DNA of 64,000 nucleotides from Myxococcota bacterium (GTDB taxonomy: Bacteria > Myxococcota_A > SURF-8 > G963663525), in NCBI GenBank assembly GCA_963676915.2, contig CAXXVK010000067.1, positions 183,912-247,911 of the forward strand. Reading direction: 5' to 3'. The position numbers and the translations under genes were made by a program. Of the stretch, positions 49,904 to 58,450 are shown one piece after another. Numbering within the stretch: position 1 is the stretch's first letter; every line of letters begins with the position of its first letter. The notes beneath the pieces are model-generated. The model searched no databases and was not told the DNA's origin. It saw only the letters and a program-made list of their open reading frames with translations.

Positions 49904-51463
49904 GTGAGTGAATATCTGCATAAACATATGGGATCGCTTCTGTTTCTGCTATGCTTGCTGCTTTACAGTTTGTCTATGTATGGTGGTGCGCGCTCGCCAG
50001 ATTCGGAAGCTGTACTTTATGCGGCTGAATCCCTTTTACAAAATGGAACGTTGGGTGCTCCTGAACATCCGATCTTGAGAAATGCAGGATTTGCGAAGGG
50101 GATTGATGGTCTATATTACCCAGTGTTCGGTCCTGCTCTGTCGGTTGTTTATGCTCCTATGCTTACAGTTGGACGAACGTTGGCGCAGGTTGTACCCAAC
50201 GTCGTGGTCAACTCTGCCCCTGTCAACATTTACCTTACCAACGGTTTCGATGCCCGCTATGGACGTGCGCCGCTGGAGAATCCTCGTTCACATTGGGTTC
50301 GCTTGCCCGCTGCCTGGTTAAATGCCGTTTTCGCGGCATTGGCGGTCCTGATCTTTTGGAAAGCGTTGCTGTGGTTGGGGGGGGATCGTCGTTCGGTGGC
50401 TTTTGCCGTCGGTTTGCTGGCTTTCTCGGGTCCGTTGTGGCCTTATGCGGAAACGATGTTCTCCGAACCGCTGGCTCTTACCGCTACACTGGCTTCTTTT
50501 GCCGCCATAGCTCGCTTGAACGGATTTGGAGAAAACATGCCGCGGCCATTCGTTTGGGCGCTGGGATCGGGTCTGGCGCTTGGGTTGGCAACCATTACCC
50601 ATCTATCCGCTATTCTGTTCGCACCGTTTTTCGCAGTTTGGCTTCTCGTTCAAAAAACGCCGAAGCGGTTGTTGTCTTTTCTTTGCTGGGTGATCGGATT
50701 TTGCACGTTTTTGCTGGTTCTCGGAATCCTAAACGATGCGAGATTCGGCAACGTTCTGGAAACTGGCCGTACGGTCGATGCGGAAGCCATGCGCTTGTAC
50801 GGATACGGCAAATTCATCGCCCCTTGGAAAGGCTTGTACAATCTTCTCTTTTCAAGTGCCAAAGGGATGGTATGGTATGCACCGACGCTTCTGGCAGGAT
50901 TGCTTCTATTGCCGAAAATAGGGAAGCGCTTCAAGGTCGTCACGGTGATTCTGTGGGCGGCTGTTGTGTTCAGACTGGTATTTATGGCTATGCGTAGCGA
51001 CTGGCACGGCGGTTTTTCGCCTGGGCCACGATATCTCATGATGGCCTACCCGTTTTTACTGTTACCCGTTGCTTTCGTTTCCTGGCGCAATCTGAGCCGG
51101 TCTATGTTGCTGACAGTCTTGGTACTTGCTGTCTTGGGAATCGGGGTGCAAGCGCTCTTGGTTTCAGGCGATATCTTCGTTTTCTTTTTCATGGCCAAAG
51201 ATTATCTGGTGCAATTGGGAGTAAGTCTTAACCAGATTTTCGAAGGTGCGACGCTCTACACTGATTGGCGGGTAGCCCCCCTGTTGAACATTCACGTTGC
51301 TCCGGTGGCTCCGTTGTTGGCACGTCTGTGCGGGTTGGGTTTCTGGACGACCTGGATGCTCTTGTTTGGGCTGGCCGGTGCTATGTTTTTTCTTTGGGTA
51401 CGTGTGGCGTCTGGAATAGGAATGGAAAACCCAAACGAAAATTCTTCAGCAAGTGAAAAATAA
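49904..51463 (+). CDS. GT-C fold membrane glycosyltransferase (lipid-carrier dependent)
   Basis: Multi-TM; acidic motif after TM1 (SPDSE), PYAETMFSEP, WHGGFSPGPRYL. Confidence 0.65.
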   Translation: MSEYLHKHMGSLLFLLCLLLYSLSMYGGARSPDSEAVLYAAESLLQNGTLGAPEHPILRNAGFAKGIDGLYYPVFGPALSVVYAPMLTVGRTLAQVVPNVVVNSAPVNIYLTNGFDARYGRAPLENPRSHWVRLPAAWLNAVFAALAVLIFWKALLWLGGDRRSVAFAVGLLAFSGPLWPYAETMFSEPLALTATLASFAAIARLNGFGENMPRPFVWALGSGLALGLATITHLSAILFAPFFAVWLLVQKTPKRLLSFLCWVIGFCTFLLVLGILNDARFGNVLETGRTVDAEAMRLYGYGKFIAPWKGLYNLLFSSAKGMVWYAPTLLAGLLLLPKIGKRFKVVTVILWAAVVFRLVFMAMRSDWHGGFSPGPRYLMMAYPFLLLPVAFVSWRNLSRSMLLTVLVLAVLGIGVQALLVSGDIFVFFFMAKDYLVQLGVSLNQIFEGATLYTDWRVAPLLNIHVAPVAPLLARLCGLGFWTTWMLLFGLAGAMFFLWVRVASGIGMENPNENSSASEK

Positions 51464-51500
51464 CATACAATTCCAATGAGTTGGATCGGTAGGGAGAGTT

Positions 51501-52631
51501 TCAGTCTTCCCATACGGGATAGGCGGTGACGTGCCAGTCCCGACCCACCGGGTAGGTGTGGCGGATGTCGAGTTGCAAAGCGTCTACGATTGTTTCCACC
51601 CCTGGACCACCGCAAAACGGCAGATCGCGTCCGCCGATGAGGATCGGCGCATAGACGAAATCGATTCGGTCCACGATTTTCGCTTCTAGAAACGATTGGA
51701 TGATCCCGGAGCCGCCTTCCACCAATACCGAGGCGATGTGGCATTCCCTCATCTTTTCCAGCATTTCAGCTATAGGAACGTGACCTTGACTATCGGCTTC
51801 TATGACCCAAACTTCTCCACCAGCGTTTCGGATGCTTTCACGCCAAACCGGGGAGGAATGCTCGGTTGTAATCACCGTGGCCTTGTTAGTGCTATCCAAC
51901 GTAAACATTCGGCTTTCAGGTGGGACAACGCCTTTGGCGTCCACTACGAAGCGCAGGGGATCGCGACCTTCTTCACCTTCGGGAAGTCGGCAAGTAAGAC
52001 TCGGATCGTCGGCCAGCGCGGTTCCCGAACCGATCAGAATGGCGTCCAGTTCGTGACGTCGGCGATGCACCCAGGCGAAAGATTCAGCCGAGGAAATTCC
52101 GCCGGTCGTCTGTCCGGAATCTCCGGTGCGGGTGGCGATTTTTCCGTCCATGCTTAAAGCGGTCTTGATGTTCACAAACGGACGTTTCGAAGTGATGAAT
52201 CGAATGAAGACTTCGTTGAGTTCCTGGCATTCCTTTTCCATGAAACCGGCTTCGGCTCCGATGCCCTTGTCTCGGAGATATTCCAGACCTTTTCCCGCCA
52301 CCAGCGGATTCGGATCGACCATTCCCACGAAAGTCTGAACGATTCCGGCCCGTTCGATGGAATGCACACAGGGAGGAGTATGGCCGAAATGGCAGCACGG
52401 TTCGAGCGTCACATAAATGGCGCAGCCTTCGGCGTGGAAATCCAGTTTTTTCAGGGCGTCCACTTCGGCGTGGTCCTGGCCGTGGGCATGATGCCAGCCT
52501 TCGGCGATGATTTCATCGCCCTGGACGACAACAGCTCCAACCATGGGGTTGGGAGAAACGTAGCCTGCGCCACGTCGTGCGAGATCGAGGGCGCGTTGCA
52601 TGAAAACCGGATTGTAGGCGTACGAAGGCAT
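51501..52631 (-). CDS. ribD: Riboflavin biosynthesis deaminase/reductase
   Basis: SPNPMVGAV, HAE, TLEPCCHFGHTPPC, SMDGKIA, VLVEGG. Confidence 0.96.
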   Translation of the reverse strand: MPSYAYNPVFMQRALDLARRGAGYVSPNPMVGAVVVQGDEIIAEGWHHAHGQDHAEVDALKKLDFHAEGCAIYVTLEPCCHFGHTPPCVHSIERAGIVQTFVGMVDPNPLVAGKGLEYLRDKGIGAEAGFMEKECQELNEVFIRFITSKRPFVNIKTALSMDGKIATRTGDSGQTTGGISSAESFAWVHRRRHELDAILIGSGTALADDPSLTCRLPEGEEGRDPLRFVVDAKGVVPPESRMFTLDSTNKATVITTEHSSPVWRESIRNAGGEVWVIEADSQGHVPIAEMLEKMRECHIASVLVEGGSGIIQSFLEAKIVDRIDFVYAPILIGGRDLPFCGGPGVETIVDALQLDIRHTYPVGRDWHVTAYPVWED

Positions 52632-52662
52632 GGAAAGGTGACTCTACGTAAATGTGTAGGAA

Positions 52663-53127
52663 TTACTTGGACTTGGAACGCTTGATTTCGAGGTTTTCAA
52701 TGATGTTCTTGAAATCTTCCGAATCCTCGAACGCCATATAAACCGAAGCGAAACGAATGTAGGCTACAGGGTCGATATCGGCTAGTTGCCCCAACACGAG
52801 TTCGCCTATGCTGTCGCTGGGAACCTCGGCGGCGGACATTTCGTGAATGCTCCGCGTGATCTGCTTGGCGACTTCATCGAGTTTCTCACGGGAAACCGGG
52901 CGTTTTCCGCAGGCACGCACCAAACCTCGGATGATTTTGTCTTCGTCGAAGCGTTCGCGGCGACCGTCGCGTTTGACGATGGTGGGAAAGCGCTGTTCAG
53001 CCCGCTCATAGGTGGTGAAACGATGGGAACAACCGGGGCAATTCCGGCGGCGGCGGATCTCCGTGCCGTCTTTGATGACACGGGTTTCCGAAACGTTGGT
53101 GTCGTGGCCGCAAACCGGACAACGCAT
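52663..53127 (-). CDS. nrdR: Transcriptional repressor NrdR
   Basis: CPVC..IRRRRNC..C..RFTTYE, ATP cone, VAYIRFASVY. Confidence 0.97.
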   Translation of the reverse strand: MRCPVCGHDTNVSETRVIKDGTEIRRRRNCPGCSHRFTTYERAEQRFPTIVKRDGRRERFDEDKIIRGLVRACGKRPVSREKLDEVAKQITRSIHEMSAAEVPSDSIGELVLGQLADIDPVAYIRFASVYMAFEDSEDFKNIIENLEIKRSKSK

Positions 53128-53161
53128 GGTTTCCTCCACCTTTTTAAACGGGAGTTACGCC

Positions 53162-53599
53162 TTAGTTGTGCATTCGCCGTATTTTATCGAGGCGAAGCAT
53201 ATGGCGTTCCGCACCGCTGAACGGAGTATCCAGCCAAGTGGATACGATATCACGGGCAATTTCTTTACCCACGATACGTGCTCCGAAGCACAGCACGTTG
53301 GCGTCGTTGTGCTCCCGTGCTAGTCGTGCCGTCGTACCGTTATGCACCAACGCTGCTCGGATGCCGGATACCTGGTTGGCGGCGATGGACATACCGATGC
53401 CTGTTCCGCAGATCAAGATGCCTTGGTCGGCTCTTCCTTCTGCGACGGCATCGGTTACGGCTTTGGCATAATCGGGATAATCTACGGATTGGCTGTCGTT
53501 CGGACCCAAGTCTTCGACTTCATAGCCTTTTTCCTGTAAAAGGCCAATGACGAAACTTTTCATCTCGACGGCAGCGTGATCTCCGGCGATAACGATCAT
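53162..53599 (-). CDS. rpiB: Ribose-5-phosphate isomerase B
   Basis: GDHAA, SVDYPD, CGTGIG, REHNDAN, RH..R. Confidence 0.96.
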   Translation of the reverse strand: MIVIAGDHAAVEMKSFVIGLLQEKGYEVEDLGPNDSQSVDYPDYAKAVTDAVAEGRADQGILICGTGIGMSIAANQVSGIRAALVHNGTTARLAREHNDANVLCFGARIVGKEIARDIVSTWLDTPFSGAERHMLRLDKIRRMHN

Positions 53600-53626
53600 A
53601 TTTATCCTCCGAAGCGGAGTATTTGG

Positions 53627-53812
53627 CTATTCTTCTTCTTCCAGAGGCAGAACTTCTTTACCCTTGTAAAAGCCGCAGGACGGGCAAACGCGATGCAGGC
53701 GCATGGTTTCGCCACAGTTCGGGCAATCGATCAGGGCGGTGGTTTTCAGCGCGTGATGGGCGCGTCCCATATCACGTTTGGATCGGGATTTTTTCTTTTG
53801 CGGTACGGCCAT
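53627..53812 (-). CDS. rpmF: 50S ribosomal protein L32
   Basis: MAVPQKKKSRSKR..CPNCG..HRVCPSCGFYKG. Confidence 0.97.
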   Translation of the reverse strand: MAVPQKKKSRSKRDMGRAHHALKTTALIDCPNCGETMRLHRVCPSCGFYKGKEVLPLEEEE

Positions 53813-53903
53813 GATATCCTCCGTTCGGTTCCTTTTTCAACGTATCTTATGTTTCGTTGCCGTAAAACAGGTGATTTCTACAGCAAAATCGGGAAGATGG
53901 CTA

Positions 53904-54453
53904 CTATTTTTTTGACCATTCTTCTTTTAGTTTTTTCAATCCTTCGTTCCATTTCGGATTGGACGCCTTCGTGCCTTCGTCGAGAGGGGGCAATGTCGGT
54001 CTGGTTTTCGATCTCGGGAAGGGAGCATTCCTCGGGACAGTTAAGGACCATCGGCAGAGCCAGCAGGTGTTGTTCCAGCAGGTAGCGGCCCAGGTCGATT
54101 TCGTCATCATGGTAGAAAGAATTGATGAAATCCTCTTCCTCCAGATCTACTTCTTTATCGGTTGGAATTCGAAATTCCTCCGAAGGTAGAAACGCCTCTT
54201 TCAGAGTGATTTCCGTTACATAGTCGAGATCTTTGAGGCAGCGACCGCAACGGGTGATCCATTTCAGAGACGAAGTTCCTCGCAGCTCGACTTTGCGGAC
54301 GGCCCGGACGAGGCGAAGGTCGAAATACAATGCGCCGTTCGGCAGGAATACGTCGTTCGAGTCGGTTTCCAGACCCTGGCGGACCCAGTGATCCTCTTGT
54401 TTTCCTTCCAGTTTTTTTCCGTCTTCCGAAATGTCCGAAACGCGAATTTTCAT
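53904..54453 (-). CDS. yceD: YceD/DUF177 family protein; probable frameshift near 53970
   Basis: CGRCL, IDL..EQ.LLALPM..C..EC; typical NPKW..LKKL end lies in the alternative frame ending at 53904; upstream of rpmF. Confidence 0.85.
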
Positions 54454-54732
54454 GACGAATTCCGTTTTCCGATCCACAGGAATCGATTTTGCAAGTCGAA
54501 CAGGACAGGCAAACGACCCCTTACGTCAAAGGGAATGCATCATTAGTAAATTGGGCCGAAATGTCAAGTGGAAAAGCCTTAAATTCGCCAATTTGCATTT
54601 TCGAACGTTGGAAAAAAGTGAAACTTAGGAAAACATGATGCAATGGGGTTGTCACGATTTTGAGACAGTGTTACACAATGTGTAACGATTATGGTGGATT
54701 GGTTCGAACGCTTTTCGAGAAAGCAAACCGTT

Positions 54733-56058
54733 ATGACGGAACTCGATACCCGGTTTTTTCCTTTGATTTTCAATTCGATTCCCCACGGAATTTTCACGAT
54801 TGATTCCGAAGGCCGAATCACCGCTTTCAACAACGCAGCGGAAACGTTGACCGGATACTCCCGCGAGGAAGCCATAGGTAAGCGTTGTTACGAAATTTTT
54901 CGGGCGGACATCTGCCAGCAGGGCTGTCCTTTGAAGCAAAGCCTCGTTAGTCGCCAAGAGGAGGAGTTGCGCGAGGCAACAATCCTCACTCGGGACGGCA
55001 TGGAGGTGCCGATTTCGATTTCCACCAATGCTCTCGTGGACGCCGACGGCAAGTTGATCGGCGGAGTCGAAATGTTTCGGGATTTGAGTCAGATCGTCGA
55101 ATTACGTAAGAAAATCGAGGGGATGTATGTTTTCGAAGATATCGTGAGCAAGAACAGCCGGATGCTCTCGATCCTCGAACGCCTGCCACTTTTCGCTGCC
55201 TCCAATAGTTCCGTCTTGATCGAAGGGGCAAGTGGAACGGGAAAAGAACTCATCGCCCGCGCACTGCATTATTTGGGACCGCGCAGCCAAAAACCTTTCG
55301 TGGCCGTCAATTGCGCCGCCATTCCCGATAACCTGTTGGAATCCGAGCTGTTCGGCTACTCCAAGGGAGCCTTTACCGACGCCAGAAAAGACAAGCCTGG
55401 CCGCTTCAGTCGAGCGGATGGCGGTACGTTGTTTTTGGATGAAATCGGGGAAATTTCGCCCGCCATGCAGGTGAAATTGCTTCGAGTTCTTCAGGAAAAA
55501 GAGTTCGAACCTCTCGGGGCGATGCAATCGGTCAAGGTCGATGTGCGTATCGTGGCGGCAACCAACAAGATTTTATCCGAGGAAATTCATAAAGGAACGT
55601 TTCGGGAAGACCTCTACTATCGTCTGAATGTCATTCACATCGATGTTCCCCCGCTGTCTCGTCGACGCGAGGATATTCCGCTGCTGGCCAACCATTTTCG
55701 TAAGAGATTCAATACGTTGCAAGGACGGACCATTCAAAAGATCAGCGAAAACGCCATGGCTGCGTTGATGTCCGCGCCGTTTCCCGGGAACGTGAGGGAA
55801 TTGGAAAACGCCATCGAACACGCCTTTGTCATGTGTCGGGGGGACGCGATCCTGCAACGAGATCTTCCCAGCGGTATTTCCGAAAATTACCAGATTCGTG
55901 CCGATGCCGAACCGGAAAATCCGTTGCATGCCGCAGAATCCGAGACGATTCGTCAGGTGTTGGAACGACACAGTGGGAATAGAACGAGAGCGGCGGAAGA
56001 CCTGGGAATTTCCCGAAATACCTTGTGGAGAAAAATGAAAAAGTTCGGAATATCCTGA
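54733..56058 (+). CDS. PAS-AAA+-HTH sigma-54 activator, OrpR-like
   Basis: PAS with C-x8-C-x3-C (CYEIFRADICQQGC), GASGTGKE, GAFTDA, FLDEIG, FPGNVRELEN, Fis HTH; precedes orp-like genes. Confidence 0.88.
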   Translation: MTELDTRFFPLIFNSIPHGIFTIDSEGRITAFNNAAETLTGYSREEAIGKRCYEIFRADICQQGCPLKQSLVSRQEEELREATILTRDGMEVPISISTNALVDADGKLIGGVEMFRDLSQIVELRKKIEGMYVFEDIVSKNSRMLSILERLPLFAASNSSVLIEGASGTGKELIARALHYLGPRSQKPFVAVNCAAIPDNLLESELFGYSKGAFTDARKDKPGRFSRADGGTLFLDEIGEISPAMQVKLLRVLQEKEFEPLGAMQSVKVDVRIVAATNKILSEEIHKGTFREDLYYRLNVIHIDVPPLSRRREDIPLLANHFRKRFNTLQGRTIQKISENAMAALMSAPFPGNVRELENAIEHAFVMCRGDAILQRDLPSGISENYQIRADAEPENPLHAAESETIRQVLERHSGNRTRAAEDLGISRNTLWRKMKKFGIS

Positions 56059-56094
56059 TCGAAGAAACAAAGAAGGAGAACAGGAAAAAAGCGT

Positions 56095-56110
56095 TGGCAT
56101 CGGTTTTGCT
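56095..56110 (+). promoter_or_regulatory. Sigma-54 (-24/-12) promoter of the orp-like operon
   Basis: TGGCATCGGTTTTGCT (GG-N10-GC), 72 bp before the NifX-like gene. Confidence 0.8.
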
Positions 56111-56182
56111 TAATTGCCCAACGGAAATAGCAAACGTTCGTCGATACACTTTGAATCGGCGACTTAACCAAAGGAAAGAATC

Positions 56183-56548
56183 ATGAAAATAGCGATTACA
56201 TCCAGTGGCGAAGGATTGCAGGCTCCCGTGGACGAACGTTTCGGACGGGCCAAAAATTTCGTGATCGTAGAAGTCAACGGCGACGAAAAGAACGTTCAGA
56301 CCGTTCCCAATACGCAAAATCGGCAGGCCGCTCAGGGCGCAGGCATTCAGGCTGCCGAAACCGTGCATCGCAATGGGGCGGAAATTCTGCTGACCGGTCA
56401 CGTCGGACCCAAGGCGTTTCGGGCGCTCGACGCGGCGAAGATTCAGATTTTCTCGGGAATCAAAGGAACCGTCGATGAGGCTCTGGATGATTACATTGCC
56501 GGTCGTTTGGATCAGGCCCATGGCGCAGATGTGGAGGGACACTGGTGA
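56183..56548 (+). CDS. NifB/NifX (Di-Nase) family protein, Orange protein-like
   Basis: MKIAITS..VDERFGRA, GAGIQAA, LTGHVGPKAF. Confidence 0.9.
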   Translation: MKIAITSSGEGLQAPVDERFGRAKNFVIVEVNGDEKNVQTVPNTQNRQAAQGAGIQAAETVHRNGAEILLTGHVGPKAFRALDAAKIQIFSGIKGTVDEALDDYIAGRLDQAHGADVEGHW

Positions 56549-57402
56549 ACCGTACAACCATCGCGATTGCCTCTGGAAAAGGAGGCACAGGGAAAACGAC
56601 GCTCTCGGTCGCCCTGGCGCTGGCATTGTCCCGGCAGGGAGAGAAAGTGCGATTGATCGACGCGGACGCCGAAGAGCCGAACGACCATCTGTTTTTGGAT
56701 GTCGAGCCGCAAGACCCGGAAGAAGTCACGATTCCGGTACCCACCGTAAACGAAGACCTCTGTAAGGGGCATGGTCGTTGCCGTGAAGTCTGCCGCTTCA
56801 ACGCCATTGCCATCATGGGTGCCAAGCCCTTGATTTTCCCGGAACTTTGCCATGGTTGCGGGGCTTGTTCGCTGGCCTGCCCTGAAAAAGCCATCGAAGA
56901 AATGCCGAAAGTCGTGGGCTGGGTTGAAAGCGCACCGACGACAGGGTTTGAATTTTTACAGGGACGGTTGAAAATCGGGGAACCGATGGTTGTTCCGGTC
57001 ATTGCGGAACTTCGTGAAAGAGAAGCGAAGCAAGGGTGGACGATCATCGATGCGCCGCCCGGCACCTCGTGCCCGGTAATCGAATCCTCCCGAGGGGTGG
57101 ATCATCTTTTTCTCGTTACCGAACCGACGCCTTTTGGCCTGAACGATCTCGAACTGGCAGTGGGAATGGCTCGGGCGCTGGGGTTGACCTTCAGTGTCAT
57201 CGTCAATCGAGCCGGTTTGGGAGAGCGCCGCGTATACGAGTTTTGTGAGGACGAAGGTATTGAAATCGCAATGGAAATTCCTTTCGATAAAAAAATTGCC
57301 TCCACCTACGCCCGAGGGGGCACGTTGCTCGATGCCGACGACCGTTGGGAAAGCCGATTGGTCGAACTGGCGCACAACGTGGCCAAGGAGGTGCGGTCAT
57401 GA
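56545..57402 (+). CDS. MinD-like P-loop ATPase with two ferredoxin-type Cys clusters
   Basis: ASGKGGTGKTT, DADAEEPN, C..C...C and CHGCGACSLACP, DAPPGTSCP, TEPTPFG. Confidence 0.9.
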   Translation: MNRTTIAIASGKGGTGKTTLSVALALALSRQGEKVRLIDADAEEPNDHLFLDVEPQDPEEVTIPVPTVNEDLCKGHGRCREVCRFNAIAIMGAKPLIFPELCHGCGACSLACPEKAIEEMPKVVGWVESAPTTGFEFLQGRLKIGEPMVVPVIAELREREAKQGWTIIDAPPGTSCPVIESSRGVDHLFLVTEPTPFGLNDLELAVGMARALGLTFSVIVNRAGLGERRVYEFCEDEGIEIAMEIPFDKKIASTYARGGTLLDADDRWESRLVELAHNVAKEVRS

Positions 57403-58271
57403 AGCAATTGCTCATACTCAGCGGTAAAGGTGGAACGGGCAAAACCAGCGTTGTGGCTTCGTTGGCGAAACTGGCGAAAAACGCCGTGTTCGTGGATGCC
57501 GACGTGGATGCTGCGGATCTCCATCTATTACTCCATCCCAAAATCCAGCATCGCGAAGATTTTACCTCCGGTTTCGTCGCCGAAATCGACTCGGAGCGCT
57601 GCATAGCATGCGGAACCTGCCGGGATCTCTGCCGTTTCGATGCCATAGACGAGACGTTCAAGGTTGATTCGTTCTCCTGTGAAGGTTGTGGCTTGTGCGA
57701 ATGGAATTGTCCCGAACAGGCCATTACCCTCAAAGAAAATCTTAGCGGTGAATGGTTCATTTCCGAGACGGCCAATGGTCCGATGGTGCATGCCAAGTTG
57801 GGAATTGCAGCGGACAACTCCGGCAAACTGGTCAGTCTGATCCGGGAAAAATCCCGTGAAGTCGCCGAAGAAAAAGGAAGAGATTTGATCCTACTCGACG
57901 GTAGTCCGGGGCTGGGGTGTCCGGTGATTGCGTCCGTCAGCGGTGTGGACATGGCGCTGTTGATCGCCGAACCCACTCCCAGTGGACTGCACGACCTGGA
58001 ACGATTGTTGGATTTGCTGAAACATTTCAGCGTTCCGGCTTTCGTTGTCGTGAACAAAGCGGACCTGGATGACACCATGGCAGAGAAAATCGAAGAGCGC
58101 TGCGCGGCGAAAGGTGTCAAAAGCCTCGGTCGCATTCCTTTCGACGAAGCGGTGGTCAAAGCCCTTGTCGCGGGTGAGGCGCTGGTGGACTATTCCGCCG
58201 GGGCGGCGGCGCAGGCTGTGAAAAAAATCTGGGATCGGTTGAAATTGGAGTTGAACCTGCTCGAAAACTGA
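57399..58271 (+). CDS. Second MinD-like P-loop ATPase with 2x[4Fe-4S] motifs
   Basis: SGKGGTGKTS, DADVDAADL, CIACGTCRDLC, CEGCGLCEWNCP, NSGKLV, DGSPGLGCPV. Confidence 0.9.
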   Translation: MKQLLILSGKGGTGKTSVVASLAKLAKNAVFVDADVDAADLHLLLHPKIQHREDFTSGFVAEIDSERCIACGTCRDLCRFDAIDETFKVDSFSCEGCGLCEWNCPEQAITLKENLSGEWFISETANGPMVHAKLGIAADNSGKLVSLIREKSREVAEEKGRDLILLDGSPGLGCPVIASVSGVDMALLIAEPTPSGLHDLERLLDLLKHFSVPAFVVVNKADLDDTMAEKIEERCAAKGVKSLGRIPFDEAVVKALVAGEALVDYSAGAAAQAVKKIWDRLKLELNLLEN

Positions 58272-58450
58272 TTAGTTTGAAGCAGACGTTTTAAGGTTGT
58301 GACTTGTACAAAACCTTGAAGCGACGTGAAAAGTCGTGTAAGAAACCTGACTTGGTTTCTTTTGGAAACCGAGGGATCGAGATCCGGTGAGAGAAAACAC
58401 CTCTCGACATCACCTCGAAACGAAGGATTATTTTTCGGCACGAAGGAGAC

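Noticed and set aside
54500-54545. ggcaaac motif suggesting a c-di-GMP-I riboswitch
   Set aside because: The GNRA tetraloop stem and second conserved hairpin are not present.
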